Positions 1 through 9,088 of a stretch of 64,000 nt of DNA are shown one piece after another. A program made the position numbers and the translations under genes. The notes below the pieces were generated by a model. That model saw only the letters and a program-made list of their open reading frames with translations, made no database searches and was not told where the DNA came from. This DNA is from Acutalibacteraceae bacterium (GTDB taxonomy: Bacteria > Bacillota > Clostridia > Oscillospirales > Acutalibacteraceae). How positions within the stretch are numbered: the first letter of the stretch is position 1; each line of letters begins with the position of its first letter. The stretch covers positions 1,287-65,286 of the forward strand of contig JAZSHK010000073.1 of assembly GCA_045533185.1 (NCBI GenBank), given 5' to 3'.

Positions 1-1716
1 AACCAGAAGGAGCAGCGCTATAACTGGGAGCTGATCTTCTGCGAGCTGTACGCGGGCGGTAAATACGACACCGAGGACTACACCCTCGGCCTCAACGGCT
101 TGGGTGCCTGCGCGACGCAGTACGCCTCCGAGTATATGGACGTCGAGGTCAAGCGCGACGGGTTTGTGTACACGCTGCATTTTGAGCATGGCGAGAATGT
201 CGGCGGTCTCAAAAAAGAGCCGTATGCGAAGAAGGATACGGGTACCCGCATCCGCTTTAAGCCCGATATTCAGGTGTTCACCGATATTGACGCACCCGTC
301 GAGTATTTTGATGACATTCTGCGCCGTCAGGCGATCGTCAATCCGGGTCTGCTGTTCCATTTTCGCGATCAGCACGGCGGCAGCTTTGACGTGAAGGACT
401 ATCAGTACGAAAACGGCATTGCCGACTACGTCAAGGAGATCGCGGGCGAGGAGACGATGACCGCGGTTCAGACATGGTCGTCGGAGCGCGTCGGCCGTGA
501 CCGCGAGGACAAGCCCGAGTATAAGGTCAAGCTCAACGTCGCAATGTGCGTGTCCAACAAGGTCAATCTGCTCGAATACTACCACAATTCCAGTTGGCTG
601 GAGCACGGCGGTTCGCCCGACAAGGCGGTCAAGAGCGCGTTCGTGTCGCAGGTGGACGCTTACTTAAAGCAGAATGGTAAATACCTCAAAAATGAGTCTA
701 AGATCACCTTCCAGGACATTCAGGACTGCTTAGTGCTGGTGTCGTCCTCGTTCTCGACGCAGACCTCGTATGAGAACCAGACCAAGAAGGCGATCAACAA
801 TAAGTTCATTCAAGAGGCGATGACGGAGTTCCTGCGTCACAGCCTCGAGGTATACTTCATTGAGAACAAGATGGATGCCGACCGCTTGTGCGATCAGGTG
901 CTGGTTAACAAGCGCAGCCGCGAAAAGGCGGAGACCACCCGTCTTAACCTCAAAAAGACGCTGCAGTCGAGCAACGATCTCGCGTCCCGCGTCCCCGGCT
1001 TTGTGGATTGCCGCAGCCGCGATGTGGCCGAGCGCGAGCTGTTCATCGTGGAGGGTAAATCGGCTATGGGCGCGTGCGTGCAGGCGCGCGATTCCGAGTT
1101 TCAGGCGATCATCCCGATCCGCGGTAAGATCCTCAACTGTCTGAAGGCGGAGTTTGACAAGATCTTCAAGAGCGAGATCATCGTTAACCTGCTGAAAATT
1201 ATGGGTTGCGGCGTCGAGGTGCGCTCCAAGGCGAACAAGAACCTCGCGACCTTTGATCTGTCGCTGCTGCGCTTTAATAAGATCATCATCTGTACCGATG
1301 CGGACGTCGACGGTTTCCAGATCCGCACGCTGGTGCTTGCGATGCTGTACCGTCTGACCCCTACGCTGATCGAAAAGGGGTATGTCTACATCGCAGAAAC
1401 ACCGCTGTATGAGATCAACACCAAGACCGATACCTATTTCGCTTACAACGACCGCGAAAAGACCGCGATCCTTGAGGGCATCGATGGGCAGAAGTTCACC
1501 ATTCAGCGTTCCAAGGGACTTGGTGAAAACGAGCCCGAGATGATGTCGCTGACGACGATGAATCCCGCTACCCGCCGTCTCGTGAAGGTCACACCGACCG
1601 ACGTCGAGGAAACGGCGCAGGTGTTCGACGTGCTGCTCGGCGACGACCTCGACGGGCGTAAGCGTATCATCGCCGAGCACGGCGCGGAATATCTCGATAT
1701 GCTGGATCTGGAGTAA
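1..1716 (+). CDS. parE: Type IIA DNA topoisomerase subunit B (ParE/GyrB family), 5' end outside window
   Basis: Frame 1 is open from base 1 (NQKEQRYNWELIF..GLNGLGACATQYAS). TOPRIM motifs are present (ELFIVEGKSAMG, CTDADVDG). The A subunit follows 17 nt downstream. ParE versus a second GyrB cannot be settled by eye. Confidence 0.85.
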   Translation, partial: NQKEQRYNWELIFCELYAGGKYDTEDYTLGLNGLGACATQYASEYMDVEVKRDGFVYTLHFEHGENVGGLKKEPYAKKDTGTRIRFKPDIQVFTDIDAPVEYFDDILRRQAIVNPGLLFHFRDQHGGSFDVKDYQYENGIADYVKEIAGEETMTAVQTWSSERVGRDREDKPEYKVKLNVAMCVSNKVNLLEYYHNSSWLEHGGSPDKAVKSAFVSQVDAYLKQNGKYLKNESKITFQDIQDCLVLVSSSFSTQTSYENQTKKAINNKFIQEAMTEFLRHSLEVYFIENKMDADRLCDQVLVNKRSREKAETTRLNLKKTLQSSNDLASRVPGFVDCRSRDVAERELFIVEGKSAMGACVQARDSEFQAIIPIRGKILNCLKAEFDKIFKSEIIVNLLKIMGCGVEVRSKANKNLATFDLSLLRFNKIIICTDADVDGFQIRTLVLAMLYRLTPTLIEKGYVYIAETPLYEINTKTDTYFAYNDREKTAILEGIDGQKFTIQRSKGLGENEPEMMSLTTMNPATRRLVKVTPTDVEETAQVFDVLLGDDLDGRKRIIAEHGAEYLDMLDLE

Positions 1717-1732
1717 AGGAGGGGGAAGACGA

Positions 1733-3982
1733 ATGGCTGCAAAAAAGAGCAAAAAAGAACCCGAAAAGAAGGTCAAGGGTCTGCCCTCCAACGCCCACAT
1801 CACGGGTGCGGGCGAGGTCGAGCATCAGATCATCACCGACACCCTGCGCGAGAACTATATGCCCTACGCGATGAGCGTTATTATGTCCCGCGCGATCCCC
1901 GAGATCGACGGCTTCAAGCCCTCGCACCGTAAGCTTCTGTACACGATGTACAAGATGGGCCTGCTCAAGGGCAATCTCATTAAATCCGCGAACATCGCGG
2001 GTCAGACGATGAAGCTCAACCCCCACGGCGACGCGGCGATCTACGACACGATGGTGCGTCTGTCCCGCGGTAACGAGGCGCTGCTGCACCCCTATGTTGA
2101 GTCAAAGGGTAACTTCGGTAAGGCATATTCCACCGATATGGAGTGCGCCGCCTCGCGTTACACCGAGGCGAAGCTCGCGCCCATTGCGGAGGAGCTGTTC
2201 CGCGACATCGACAAGGACACGGTGGATTTTGTCGACAACTACGACGCGACGATGAAGGAACCGTCCCTGCTGCCGGTGACCTTTCCGTCGATCTTGGTAA
2301 ACAACAACCTCGGCATCGCTGTCGGTATGGCGAGCAATATCTGCTCGTTCAACCTGCAGGAGGTGTGCGAGACCACCATTGCGCTGATGAAAGACCCCGA
2401 GCACGACATTCTGTCGACCCTTAAAGGGCCCGATTTCCCCGGCGGCGGTCAGCTTATCTACGACCGCGACCTGCTGCAGAAGATCTACGAGACGGGGCGC
2501 GGCAGCGTCAAGGTGCGCGCAGTCTATTCCTACGATAAGTCCAATAACTGCATCGATATCACCGAGATCCCGTATTCCACCTCGATCGAGGCGATCATCT
2601 CGAAGGTCGCGGAGCTGGCGAAGGCGGGCAAGGTGCGCGAGATCAACGACATCCGCAACGAGACCGATCTGCAGGGCCTCAAGATCACCATTGATCTCAA
2701 GCGCGGCACCGATCCTGATAAGCTGATGAACAAGCTGTACGCGATGACGCCGTTGGAGGACTCCTTTGGTTGTAACTTTAACGTCCTCATCGGCGGCGTG
2801 CCGCAGGTGATGGGGGTTGCGGGGCTACTGGATGAGTGGATCGCGTTCCGTACGGAGAGCGTGCGCCGCCGCACCTATTTCGATCTGTCCAAGGCGAAGG
2901 AACGTCTGCATCTGCTTAAAGCACTCGAAAAGATCCTGCTTGACATTGACAAAGCGATCAAGATCGTGCGCGAGACCGACGAGGAGGACGAGGTCGTCCC
3001 GAACCTGATGATCGGCTTCGGCATCGATCAGGTGCAGGCGGAATACGTCGCTGAAATCAAGCTGCGCCATCTCAACCGTGAGTATATCGTCAAGCGTCTG
3101 GCGGATGTCAGCGACCTCGAAAAGGCGGTAGAGGATCTCGAGGAGACCCTGGGGAGCAAGGCGCGCATCCGTCGCATCATCATCGACGAGCTCGGCGCGG
3201 TCGCGAAGAAATACGGACAGCCGCGTCGCACACAGCTCATTTACGCGACCGACATCGAAGAGGTGATGGCAGAGGAGGAGACGGTCGCCGACTATCCCTG
3301 CACGCTGTTCTTCACCCGCGAAGGCTATTTCAAGAAGATCACCCCGCAGTCCTTACGTATGAGCGGCGAGCACAAGCTCAAGGAGGGCGACGAGATCGTA
3401 CAAACGGTCGAGACCTCGAACGTCAAGGAGCTGCTGTTCTTCGGCGATCACTGCAATGTTTACAAGAGCCGCGTTGCCGACTTCAAGGACACCAAAACCA
3501 GCGTTATGGGCGATTATATCCCCGCCAAGCTCGGCTTCGACGAGGGTGAGGGCACGCGGTATATGGCGGTCATGTCCGAATATACCGGTTATATGCTGTT
3601 CTTCTTTGAGAACGGTAAGGCGGCGAAGGTCGAGATGAGCGCTTATGCGACCAAGACCAACCGTCGCAAGCTCATCGGCGCCTATGCGGACAAGTCGCCT
3701 GTCGTGGCGATGTTCTATATCCCCGAGGACACCGAGTTTGTGCTGACCGCGACCTCGGGCCGCCGACTGCTGGTGCACACCGGCGCGATCGCGGCGAAAT
3801 CCACCCGTAATACCATCGGTGTGCAGGTGATGACCGTCAAGGGCAAGCACCACCTGCAGTCGGTACAGCCGTATGTTGTCGGGTCGCTTACGAAGGAAAA
3901 CCGCTACCGTACCAAGACACTGCCCGCCGCGGGCGCGCTGCCGCAGGCGGAGGATTTCGGCGAGCAACTGACCCTGCTATAA
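1733..3982 (+). CDS. parC: Type IIA DNA topoisomerase subunit A (ParC-like, short C-terminal domain)
   Basis: RBS AGGAGGGGG lies before ATG 1733. The active-site region AASRYTEAKL is present. The protein is only 749 aa, and I see no GyrA-box (QRRGGKG-like) motif in the C-terminal domain. Confidence 0.85.
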   Translation: MAAKKSKKEPEKKVKGLPSNAHITGAGEVEHQIITDTLRENYMPYAMSVIMSRAIPEIDGFKPSHRKLLYTMYKMGLLKGNLIKSANIAGQTMKLNPHGDAAIYDTMVRLSRGNEALLHPYVESKGNFGKAYSTDMECAASRYTEAKLAPIAEELFRDIDKDTVDFVDNYDATMKEPSLLPVTFPSILVNNNLGIAVGMASNICSFNLQEVCETTIALMKDPEHDILSTLKGPDFPGGGQLIYDRDLLQKIYETGRGSVKVRAVYSYDKSNNCIDITEIPYSTSIEAIISKVAELAKAGKVREINDIRNETDLQGLKITIDLKRGTDPDKLMNKLYAMTPLEDSFGCNFNVLIGGVPQVMGVAGLLDEWIAFRTESVRRRTYFDLSKAKERLHLLKALEKILLDIDKAIKIVRETDEEDEVVPNLMIGFGIDQVQAEYVAEIKLRHLNREYIVKRLADVSDLEKAVEDLEETLGSKARIRRIIIDELGAVAKKYGQPRRTQLIYATDIEEVMAEEETVADYPCTLFFTREGYFKKITPQSLRMSGEHKLKEGDEIVQTVETSNVKELLFFGDHCNVYKSRVADFKDTKTSVMGDYIPAKLGFDEGEGTRYMAVMSEYTGYMLFFFENGKAAKVEMSAYATKTNRRKLIGAYADKSPVVAMFYIPEDTEFVLTATSGRRLLVHTGAIAAKSTRNTIGVQVMTVKGKHHLQSVQPYVVGSLTKENRYRTKTLPAAGALPQAEDFGEQLTLL

Positions 3983-4123
3983 AAAAGAAAACCGCTGCCG
4001 ATGAAATTTCACCGATAGCGGTTCTCGGCAGCGGTTACGGCAAACGCTTTCGAAACAATAACCGTTGCTGACCCTAGTTTTCGCTGAATATAGCGGAATA
4101 TTCGTAAAAAATAAAACTTTTGC

Positions 4124-4152
4124 TTGCAATTTCCTGAAAACTATGGTAATAT
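4124..4152 (+). promoter_or_regulatory. Sigma-A type promoter for secG
   Basis: TTGCAA, a 17-nt spacer, then TGgTAATAT (extended -10), about 40 nt upstream of the secG start. Confidence 0.5.
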
Positions 4153-4194
4153 ACCTAGGTGTCTAATGAGCAAAATGTTTCTGGAGGGAAATGT

Positions 4195-4563
4195 ATGTCT
4201 GTTTATGAGTATATTATCGGCGCGATTCTGATCGTGTTTTCGCTGCTGATTATCGTGGTCGTGCTCTTCCAGGAGGGCCGTCAGGCGAACCTCGGCGTCA
4301 TCTCCGGTGCCGCGGATTCCTTTATGGATAAGGCGATGGCGAAGACGTGGGATGCCCGTTTGGCCAAGTGGACGAAGATCATTGCGGTCGCGTTCTTTGT
4401 GCTGGTGTTTGTCGGTATGCTGGTGACACAGTTCCTCAACCCTCAGGCGTTGAAGGGCTATAAGGCGGACGACAGCTCGTCCACTACCTCGACGACGACT
4501 ACGACGGCGTCTAGCACGACGACCACCACAGGCGCAACGACGACGACCACTGCTGCGAAATAA
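4195..4563 (+). CDS. secG: Preprotein translocase subunit SecG with Ser/Thr-rich C-terminal extension
   Basis: GGAGGG RBS lies 6 nt before ATG 4195; the track ORF starts earlier at GTG 4159. The protein has two TM helices and the SecG-like QEGRQANLG..G motif, followed by a tail SSSTTSTTTTTASSTTTTTGATTTTTAAK. Confidence 0.85.
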   Translation: MSVYEYIIGAILIVFSLLIIVVVLFQEGRQANLGVISGAADSFMDKAMAKTWDARLAKWTKIIAVAFFVLVFVGMLVTQFLNPQALKGYKADDSSSTTSTTTTTASSTTTTTGATTTTTAAK

Positions 4564-4578
4564 TAGACCGAATGAGTA

Positions 4579-4609
4579 AACCACCTACCGCACGGTAGGT
4601 GGTTTTTTC
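4579..4609 (+). terminator. Rho-independent terminator after secG
   Basis: CCACCTACC-GCAC-GGTAGGTGG stem-loop followed by TTTTTT. Confidence 0.85.
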
Positions 4610-4683
4610 GCGCTATTTTGATTAAACCGCGTCTATCCGCCCCATACTGCTCATAGAATGGTAGAGCAGAAGGGGAGACGACA

Positions 4684-4935
4684 ATGGAAAATACACTCAA
4701 AAAGGTGCTGTTACGTGCTGACGAAGCGCCGCATCCAACGATCGAGGCGATCCGCGAGGTTTGTCAGCAGTTGGATCTGGTGCAGGCGCGCTTTTCAATG
4801 GAGAGCGACCCCGATCTGATCGAGGGATGCATTTTTGAGATGGAAGCCCTGCGCGCGCGCTATCGGTATTTGCTGCGCACGGCAAGAGAGCAGGGAATAT
4901 CCTGTGTGGAAAAGAGCCATTTGTGGGGAGAATAG
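4684..4935 (+). CDS. DUF2508 (YaaL-like) small sporulation-associated protein
   Basis: 83-aa protein with the pattern DPDLIEGCIFEMEALRARYRYLLRTARE. It sits directly upstream of bofA, as yaaL-bofA does in Bacillus. Confidence 0.6.
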   Translation: MENTLKKVLLRADEAPHPTIEAIREVCQQLDLVQARFSMESDPDLIEGCIFEMEALRARYRYLLRTAREQGISCVEKSHLWGE

Positions 4936-4947
4936 GGCGGTGTTTGG

Positions 4948-5220
4948 ATGATGGATTGGATGCAGATCGCGTTCATTGCTTTGCTCGTGGTGACGGCGAT
5001 CGCGGTGTTTACAGCGGCTGTGCGGGCTGAAAAGCCACTGCGACGGTTGCTTGGCTCGGGTTTGCAGGGGCTCGGTGCACTTGCACTGGTTAATATCACT
5101 GCGGGACTGACCGGGGTGTCGGTCGGCTTTAGCTGGCTCACGGCAGGCTGCGGTGTGTTGCTGGGTGTCCCCGGTGTCATTGGACTGGTGTTGATGCAGA
5201 TCGTCCTACCACTGACGTAA
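4948..5220 (+). CDS. bofA: Pro-sigma-K processing inhibitor BofA family membrane protein
   Basis: 90-aa two-TM protein with the glycine-rich GLQGLGALALVN..GV..N signature of BofA. The yaaL-like neighbour supports the call. Confidence 0.75.
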   Translation: MMDWMQIAFIALLVVTAIAVFTAAVRAEKPLRRLLGSGLQGLGALALVNITAGLTGVSVGFSWLTAGCGVLLGVPGVIGLVLMQIVLPLT

Positions 5221-5311
5221 ACCGCTTGGTGTGTGTTTTTTTGCGCACCGGGCGGTTTTACGTTGTCGTAAAATAAATGCGCAAAAACCGAAGAAAAATG
5301 CGAAAAAAGTG

Positions 5312-5340
5312 TTGACAAATGCGGCTCAATCCAGTATAAT
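5312..5340 (+). promoter_or_regulatory. Consensus sigma-A promoter for the tRNA pair
   Basis: TTGACA, a 17-nt spacer, then TATAAT, about 30 nt upstream of tRNA-Asp. Confidence 0.7.
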
Positions 5341-5372
5341 AGCCAATGTTGTCAGCGGACAACCACAAATGT

Positions 5373-5449
5373 GGCCCGGTAGTTCAGCTGGTTAGAACGC
5401 TAGCCTGTCACGCTAGAGGTCGACGGTTCGAGCCCGTTCCGGGTCGCCA
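5373..5449 (+). tRNA. tRNA-Asp (GUC)
   Basis: Cloverleaf folded by hand. The acceptor pairs GGCCCGG with CCGGGTC, the anticodon loop is CUGUCAC, the T-loop is GGTTCGAGCC, and the 3' CCA is encoded. Confidence 0.9.
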
Positions 5450-5452
5450 TAC

Positions 5453-5528
<76 letters not shown>

Positions 5529-5529
5529 C

Positions 5530-5590
5530 AATGAATGACACCCCAAATGTGAACCATCACGGTTCGATTGAGGTGTCATTCATTCTTTTT
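5530..5590 (+). terminator. Terminator after the tRNA pair
   Basis: AATGAATGACACC ... GGTGTCATTCATT long stem followed by CTTTTT. Confidence 0.75.
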
Positions 5591-5598
5591 AACTCCAG

Positions 5599-5637
5599 TA
5601 AGGAACGGCTTTCGCGGCCGTTCCTTATTTATTTTTA
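5599..5637 (+). terminator. Second hairpin plus T-tract at the left edge of the AT-rich island
   Basis: AAGGAACGGC-TTTCGCG-GCCGTTCCTT followed by ATTTATTTTT. Confidence 0.55.
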
Positions 5638-5698
5638 ATCGAACTGTCAATGTCAAAACTCATCAAAATATGTGCAGAAATTTTAAAGGGGTAACGAA

Positions 5699-6274
5699 TT
5701 GAACTGGAAAAGTTCGATTAAACTGAAGAATTATCGTTATTTTGAGCGTGTTTTTTATTGTAAGAAGCCTCTGTATCGTTTGGGGTACGATATCGATTCA
5801 TTTGATGAGGTCGCTGACAACATCGGTACAAGCAAGGAAGATGCCGCCGAAATTATCCGATGCGGAATGCAGAATATGCAGTTTGTGGACTATTACCGCC
5901 AATACGCCGACGAGGATAGTGAAGAAAGCCGAGAAGAAATTGCACACGACAGTTCTGCCGAGCCGGACAAGTTGTTCTTTAAATTAGAACGTGCAGAAGC
6001 GATTATGGCAGCATTTGAAAAACTAAACTACCGTGAACGAGCAATGGTTTCTGCTCATCTTGGCTTTTGTATGGAATGTTATGCCACCCATTACTACGAT
6101 GCTGACGATTTAAATGAGGATGGAAAACCCACACGAAAACCGTTACCCGAAGAAGCGTTTATAGATATTGCCATAGATCACGGTTTGGCTTCGCCCGATA
6201 CCGCAGATAAAACGTATCGCAGGGCACTCAATAAGATAAAGAAAAAACTGAAAGAATGTAATAATTATGTGTAA
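5699..6274 (+). CDS. Sigma-70 family-like protein retaining only region 3/4 (possibly truncated)
   Basis: TTG start follows AAAGGGG. The C-terminus LNYRERAMVSAHLGF ... FIDIAIDHGLASPDTADKTYRRALNKIKKKL looks like a sigma region 4 HTH with an insertion. No region 2 is present upstream. Confidence 0.5.
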   Translation: MNWKSSIKLKNYRYFERVFYCKKPLYRLGYDIDSFDEVADNIGTSKEDAAEIIRCGMQNMQFVDYYRQYADEDSEESREEIAHDSSAEPDKLFFKLERAEAIMAAFEKLNYRERAMVSAHLGFCMECYATHYYDADDLNEDGKPTRKPLPEEAFIDIAIDHGLASPDTADKTYRRALNKIKKKLKECNNYV

Positions 6275-6505
6275 ATTTAAGAAGAATAAAAATAGGAAAC
6301 TTGCACAAAGAAAAAAGCAGTAAAAAGTATAGTGAAAAAGAAGGTTTATGACATTAAGTACTTCTCTTTTAAATCTTGTGTGCGAAATAATATGTTGCAA
6401 ACAGACCAATTCTTTTTGTCAGTTCGGTTTCAAAGGATCGGTTCACATCACTGTATCGCTGGGAAATTCTAGGCAAATTTTAGCTTCTTAATTTGCTGTT
6501 AAAAC

Positions 6506-6534
6506 TTGACAAATTATTTTGTTTGTGATACAAT
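6506..6534 (+). promoter_or_regulatory. Sigma-A promoter for the secreted-protein/ABC operon
   Basis: TTGACA, a 17-nt spacer, then TGaTACAAT, about 95 nt upstream of ATG 6631. Confidence 0.6.
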
Positions 6535-6630
6535 AATTCAAGTTTTTGTATAGAATGATGCGAGACTAAAATCATTTGAGAGAATACAAATAGCTAAAAT
6601 TCATTAAATATCAAAAGGAGTTTACAACAA

Positions 6631-7233
6631 ATGAATGCTAAAAAAATTTTTAAAAAAGTTATAACTGTTATGCTGTCTGTTATAGTTGTTTCTACGATGA
6701 CAATGCTTCCAGCTAGTGCTGCATATTCTTACTATAACAGTTATTCGTTCTCAACAGGCGCACTCTGGTGGAAGCAAAATTACACTGCCAAAGTTTACAG
6801 AGATCCAAACTGGTTTCGTGTTTATTACGGTAATGCCAACGTATCCACAGGGTTTGAATATAAAAATAATACTAACATAGTTTTATCACAAACAAAGAAT
6901 TTTTCTATTGGCACACAAACAAAAGCATCACTAAATGCAGGCGTTGACTTTTCAAGTTATGGGGTGCCAGCAAATGTTGGAGGCTCAATTGAAAAAACCA
7001 CTTCTGCATCTTGGGGTGCATCTAACACAGCGTCAAGAACTATTGAGGCGAGTGCACCAAAGGGATATTATAGTTACAATGTTTGCTTGAATACATATAA
7101 AATTAAAGTCACAAAGTATCAGAATGGCACCAACAAAGGAACCATACAGTTCTTTGCTCCTCGTAGCCAACCCTACCGATCTATAGTATATAATAGAAAT
7201 AACGCTTCTTATAGCGGTGTAACTCGTTACTAA
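6631..7233 (+). CDS. Small secreted beta-rich protein (Sec signal peptide), function unknown
   Basis: RBS AAAGGAG is present. The N-terminus MNAKKIFKKVITVMLSVIVVSTMTMLPASA|AY is a typical signal peptide. The mature part of about 170 aa is rich in S/T/N/Y/G with alternating polar and hydrophobic stretches. Confidence 0.75.
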   Translation: MNAKKIFKKVITVMLSVIVVSTMTMLPASAAYSYYNSYSFSTGALWWKQNYTAKVYRDPNWFRVYYGNANVSTGFEYKNNTNIVLSQTKNFSIGTQTKASLNAGVDFSSYGVPANVGGSIEKTTSASWGASNTASRTIEASAPKGYYSYNVCLNTYKIKVTKYQNGTNKGTIQFFAPRSQPYRSIVYNRNNASYSGVTRY

Positions 7234-7338
7234 TCATTGTTGTAGCAAACAATGGTTGTGAGAATATTGATTACCGATTGACAAATAAGGGGAGTATACG
7301 CACAAGTATACTCCCTTTATATATATGAGGAGAATCCT

Positions 7339-8208
7339 ATGAAAACAAAAAAAAGCTTATTAAACTTGATTAGTTTGATTTTAATAATTTTTCTATTTTC
7401 GGGTTGTACTAGTGAACAACAAGAAACTGCTGATTTTATGAATACTGCTTCTAACATTTTTATTAATTCTAAAAGTTTGGATACATTGTCATTTAATGTT
7501 GCTCTTTTTTCAAAACGAAAAATAGATAAAATTGATTATATGGGAATTGAAGGTACAAACGTAAACAATGATGATTATACCGTAAATATAATTGATAATA
7601 ATATTGATGTTTTAAATTCATATAAGTACAAAGGTTTATACATAAAATATATTATGGTAGAAATAACCGCTAAAGATAATATTAAAAATTGTACCTTCGA
7701 GAATCTTATCCTAAATGTTGATGGGGTTCGGCAATCTTTAAATTTTTCAACACCTGTTAATCATATATTTTCAGAAGGAAATATATTTACAGAAGAATTG
7801 CAAATTTCAGTTATTCCTAATGAATTTCCTTCGAGTTTTATAAATAATAAACAAGAAGGCGTAACGTATGAATTTTATGCGACAGAGGATGTTGTGTTGC
7901 AGGATATACGTCTTGATGATTTTTTGTCTGTATCCAATGTTATTTATGCAATTGGAGATGAAGATGCACATAATGCCGATTTTCCAATAGATGTAAAAAA
8001 AGGAGAAACGATTAGGATTTCCTTTTCTTTCACTTCCAATTCTGTAAATGAGTTAAGTTATGTCGCTACAAACATTTATTTTGATTATTTAACGAAATCA
8101 GACAATGAAAAACTTTTGAATAGTGTATTTGTTGTTTTTGATCCTATCTATCCTGTTATTGAGAATGACGCTTCCAACATAAATAAAATAGTAGACAGTC
8201 TAAAATAA
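7339..8208 (+). CDS. Lipoprotein, function unknown
   Basis: RBS GAGGAG is present. The signal peptide ends in the lipobox LFSGC. No recognisable catalytic motif. Confidence 0.7.
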   Translation: MKTKKSLLNLISLILIIFLFSGCTSEQQETADFMNTASNIFINSKSLDTLSFNVALFSKRKIDKIDYMGIEGTNVNNDDYTVNIIDNNIDVLNSYKYKGLYIKYIMVEITAKDNIKNCTFENLILNVDGVRQSLNFSTPVNHIFSEGNIFTEELQISVIPNEFPSSFINNKQEGVTYEFYATEDVVLQDIRLDDFLSVSNVIYAIGDEDAHNADFPIDVKKGETIRISFSFTSNSVNELSYVATNIYFDYLTKSDNEKLLNSVFVVFDPIYPVIENDASNINKIVDSLK

Positions 8209-8228
8209 TAATTTCAAGGAGAATTTAA

Positions 8229-9080
8229 ATGAAAAAGATTTTACCGTTTATTTGCATTCTTCTTCTTTTGACATCATGTATATTTGGAATTTTGTATTTT
8301 ACCGCATTAGATGATGAGGAAAATGATCTAGAAGTTCAACAATCCACAACGCCTTTAAGATCAACGGTAGAGTCTGGAATCATTAATAGTACGATCACAA
8401 CTACTGGAAATGTTATCAATGACGCTGCCGATATCTATATAGAAAATATATCTATTGATTTTGAAAACAAATTAGACAGCAAGTATTTTAGATCAACACA
8501 TAAAATCGGAGATGTTTTAAAAAAAGATGATATTCTATATACATATAAAGAAAAAGACATACAGACAAAATACGATTGTAAAATTGTAAATATGATTATT
8601 TCTGAAGAGTCAGTTCAATTTAATCTTTTAAACTATGATAAATTATTTATTGTTGCTTCTATTGATTATGATAAATTGAATTTACTTAATTTTGACACCA
8701 AAACAATAATAACTCTAACAACGCAAGATGCGACAAAAACATATACTGGCAAAATTATTAATTTTGGTTATGAAGTAAAAGATGGAAAAGTGGATGTGCA
8801 AATCCATTCTGATGAAAAATTTCTCCCCGGCACCCCTTTGGAAATCAGTTTTGAAATAGTACATCAAACAGAATCTCTCTATATATTAAAACAAATGCTT
8901 TTAATGGATGGAGATATCTATTATGTTGAAGTCGAAAATGAAGATGGACAAAGAACTCGTAGAGAAGTTGAAATAGGTGATTTTTTTGACGAATATTCTA
9001 ACAATGAGAAAATTGAGTATGTAGAAATAAAAAATGGCTTACAATTAGGAGAACGCCTAATTGTAGATATTATAGAATAG
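8229..9080 (+). CDS. Membrane-fusion / periplasmic adaptor protein (HlyD/YknX-like)
   Basis: There is an N-terminal TM anchor and a lipoyl-like IGDVLKKDDILY segment. The C-terminal beta-barrel pattern YYVEVENEDG..REVEIGD...VEIKNGLQLGERLIVD is typical of MacA/YknX adaptors. Confidence 0.7.
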   Translation: MKKILPFICILLLLTSCIFGILYFTALDDEENDLEVQQSTTPLRSTVESGIINSTITTTGNVINDAADIYIENISIDFENKLDSKYFRSTHKIGDVLKKDDILYTYKEKDIQTKYDCKIVNMIISEESVQFNLLNYDKLFIVASIDYDKLNLLNFDTKTIITLTTQDATKTYTGKIINFGYEVKDGKVDVQIHSDEKFLPGTPLEISFEIVHQTESLYILKQMLLMDGDIYYVEVENEDGQRTRREVEIGDFFDEYSNNEKIEYVEIKNGLQLGERLIVDIIE

Positions 9081-9088
9081 GTGATTTC

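Noticed and set aside
730-1803. 357-aa minus-strand ORF antisense to the topoisomerase B gene. Similar long antisense or alternate-frame ORFs occur at 36477-36959, 42708-43275, 44688-45482, 46349-47017, 48099-48683, 53478-54299 and 54408-55163.
   Set aside because: These are typical GC-rich shadow ORFs. They are Arg/Ala/His/Gly-rich and low-complexity, have no RBS, and each lies fully inside a gene with clear family motifs on the other strand or frame.
4465-4563. Whether the ACG/ACC-rich tandem repeat is a non-coding minisatellite.
   Set aside because: It is in frame with secG and encodes the poly-Thr/Ser tail. The terminator follows the stop codon, so it is coding low-complexity sequence.
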